64,000 nt of DNA from Antedon mediterranea (Eukaryota > Animalia > Echinodermata): NCBI RefSeq assembly GCF_964355755.1, contig NC_092672.1, forward strand, positions 29,332,437-29,396,436, read 5' to 3'. How positions within the stretch are numbered: the first letter of the stretch is position 1; the number at the start of each line of letters is the position of its first letter. This document shows, in pieces, positions 63,406 through 64,000 of the stretch. Position numbers and translations under genes: made by a program. The notes under the pieces are model-generated. The model saw nothing but the letters and a program-made list of their open reading frames with translations. It had not been told where the DNA came from and ran no database searches.

Positions 63406-64000
63406 ACGGTACGCAATAGAAAGCTGATCACAAGAGTAAACAGGCGTGATATCCATTGGTATTCATTAACATTGTTTTAATCCAGTATTCAGGCTCTAAT
63501 ACAGTGTTTCTCAAAACCAATTCTGAAAACTTTTAGATTAACGAAACCCCTTGATGAAACGGAATCACTCTTATAAAAGAATTAAAAGATTTTCATCTGT
63601 AAGGTACACAGATGCGCAATCGAAAATACCTAATGTGTGAAAGAATTAACACGTCTAGTGTTTATGTACAATCGAGGTGTTATGCGAAAATTAGCCGACA
63701 ATAAACCACCACTTTTCCCTCTTAATCTTTTAATTACTGAGCGGTAATGAGAAAATAGCACAAAATAGACACTTTTTATCTCCAACATTGTCATCCTTTT
63801 ATCCCATCTTGTAGTTTTTTTGTTTGTTAAAAGCGAGTTATTAACGAGGACAAAGGGTTACACGTGGTGTACTTAAATTTTAAAACACCCCCAGCTGTAA
63901 ATGGTTCTTTTGATTCGTTAGATATTTTAGTGATTTGAATTTCCTACGGTAACCAGGGAGTTGTGCGGTAACCGATTTTTCAATTTTATCATGCATGCTG

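Noticed and set aside
10787-63952. Frequent TACAGTA/TACTGTA/TACCGTA as Tc1/mariner excision footprints
   Set aside because: About 20 are expected by chance at this AT content and my by-eye excess is modest, so it cannot be supported without a k-mer test.

Overview
AT-rich eukaryotic genomic DNA, most likely an echinoderm (inferred from a fibropellin-type avidin domain and a HesC-type bHLH). I could reconstruct four protein-coding genes. (1) The 3' twelve exons of ELYS/AHCTF1 (+, 1434-10569; the 5' part lies before the window). (2) An 8-exon secreted Sushi-Sushi-EGF-EGF-avidin protein (+, 13665-18532). (3) An intronless class A GPCR resembling histamine H3/H4 receptors but lacking Asp3.32 (+, 24073-25173). 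(4) A 3-exon HES/Hairy bHLH-Orange-WRPW gene of HesC type (-, 36268-35001). Upstream of HES are about 28 kb with no recognisable gene, carrying many perfect Su(H)/CSL sites and HES N-box/class C sites. The rest is SINEs (tRNA-, 5S- and Deu-type), MITEs, LINE ends, a Mutator-like foldback element and minisatellites. The most unusual signals are: at least eight tiny CA...TG inserts with perfect 7-bp duplications that look like P/Galileo-superfamily excision scars, all in the HES upstream region; about 50 copies of the palindrome TAGGCCTA, almost absent from the ELYS gene body; and Penelope-type minimal hammerhead ribozyme motifs. Family assignments come from motifs recalled from memory and counts were made by eye; no database search was run.
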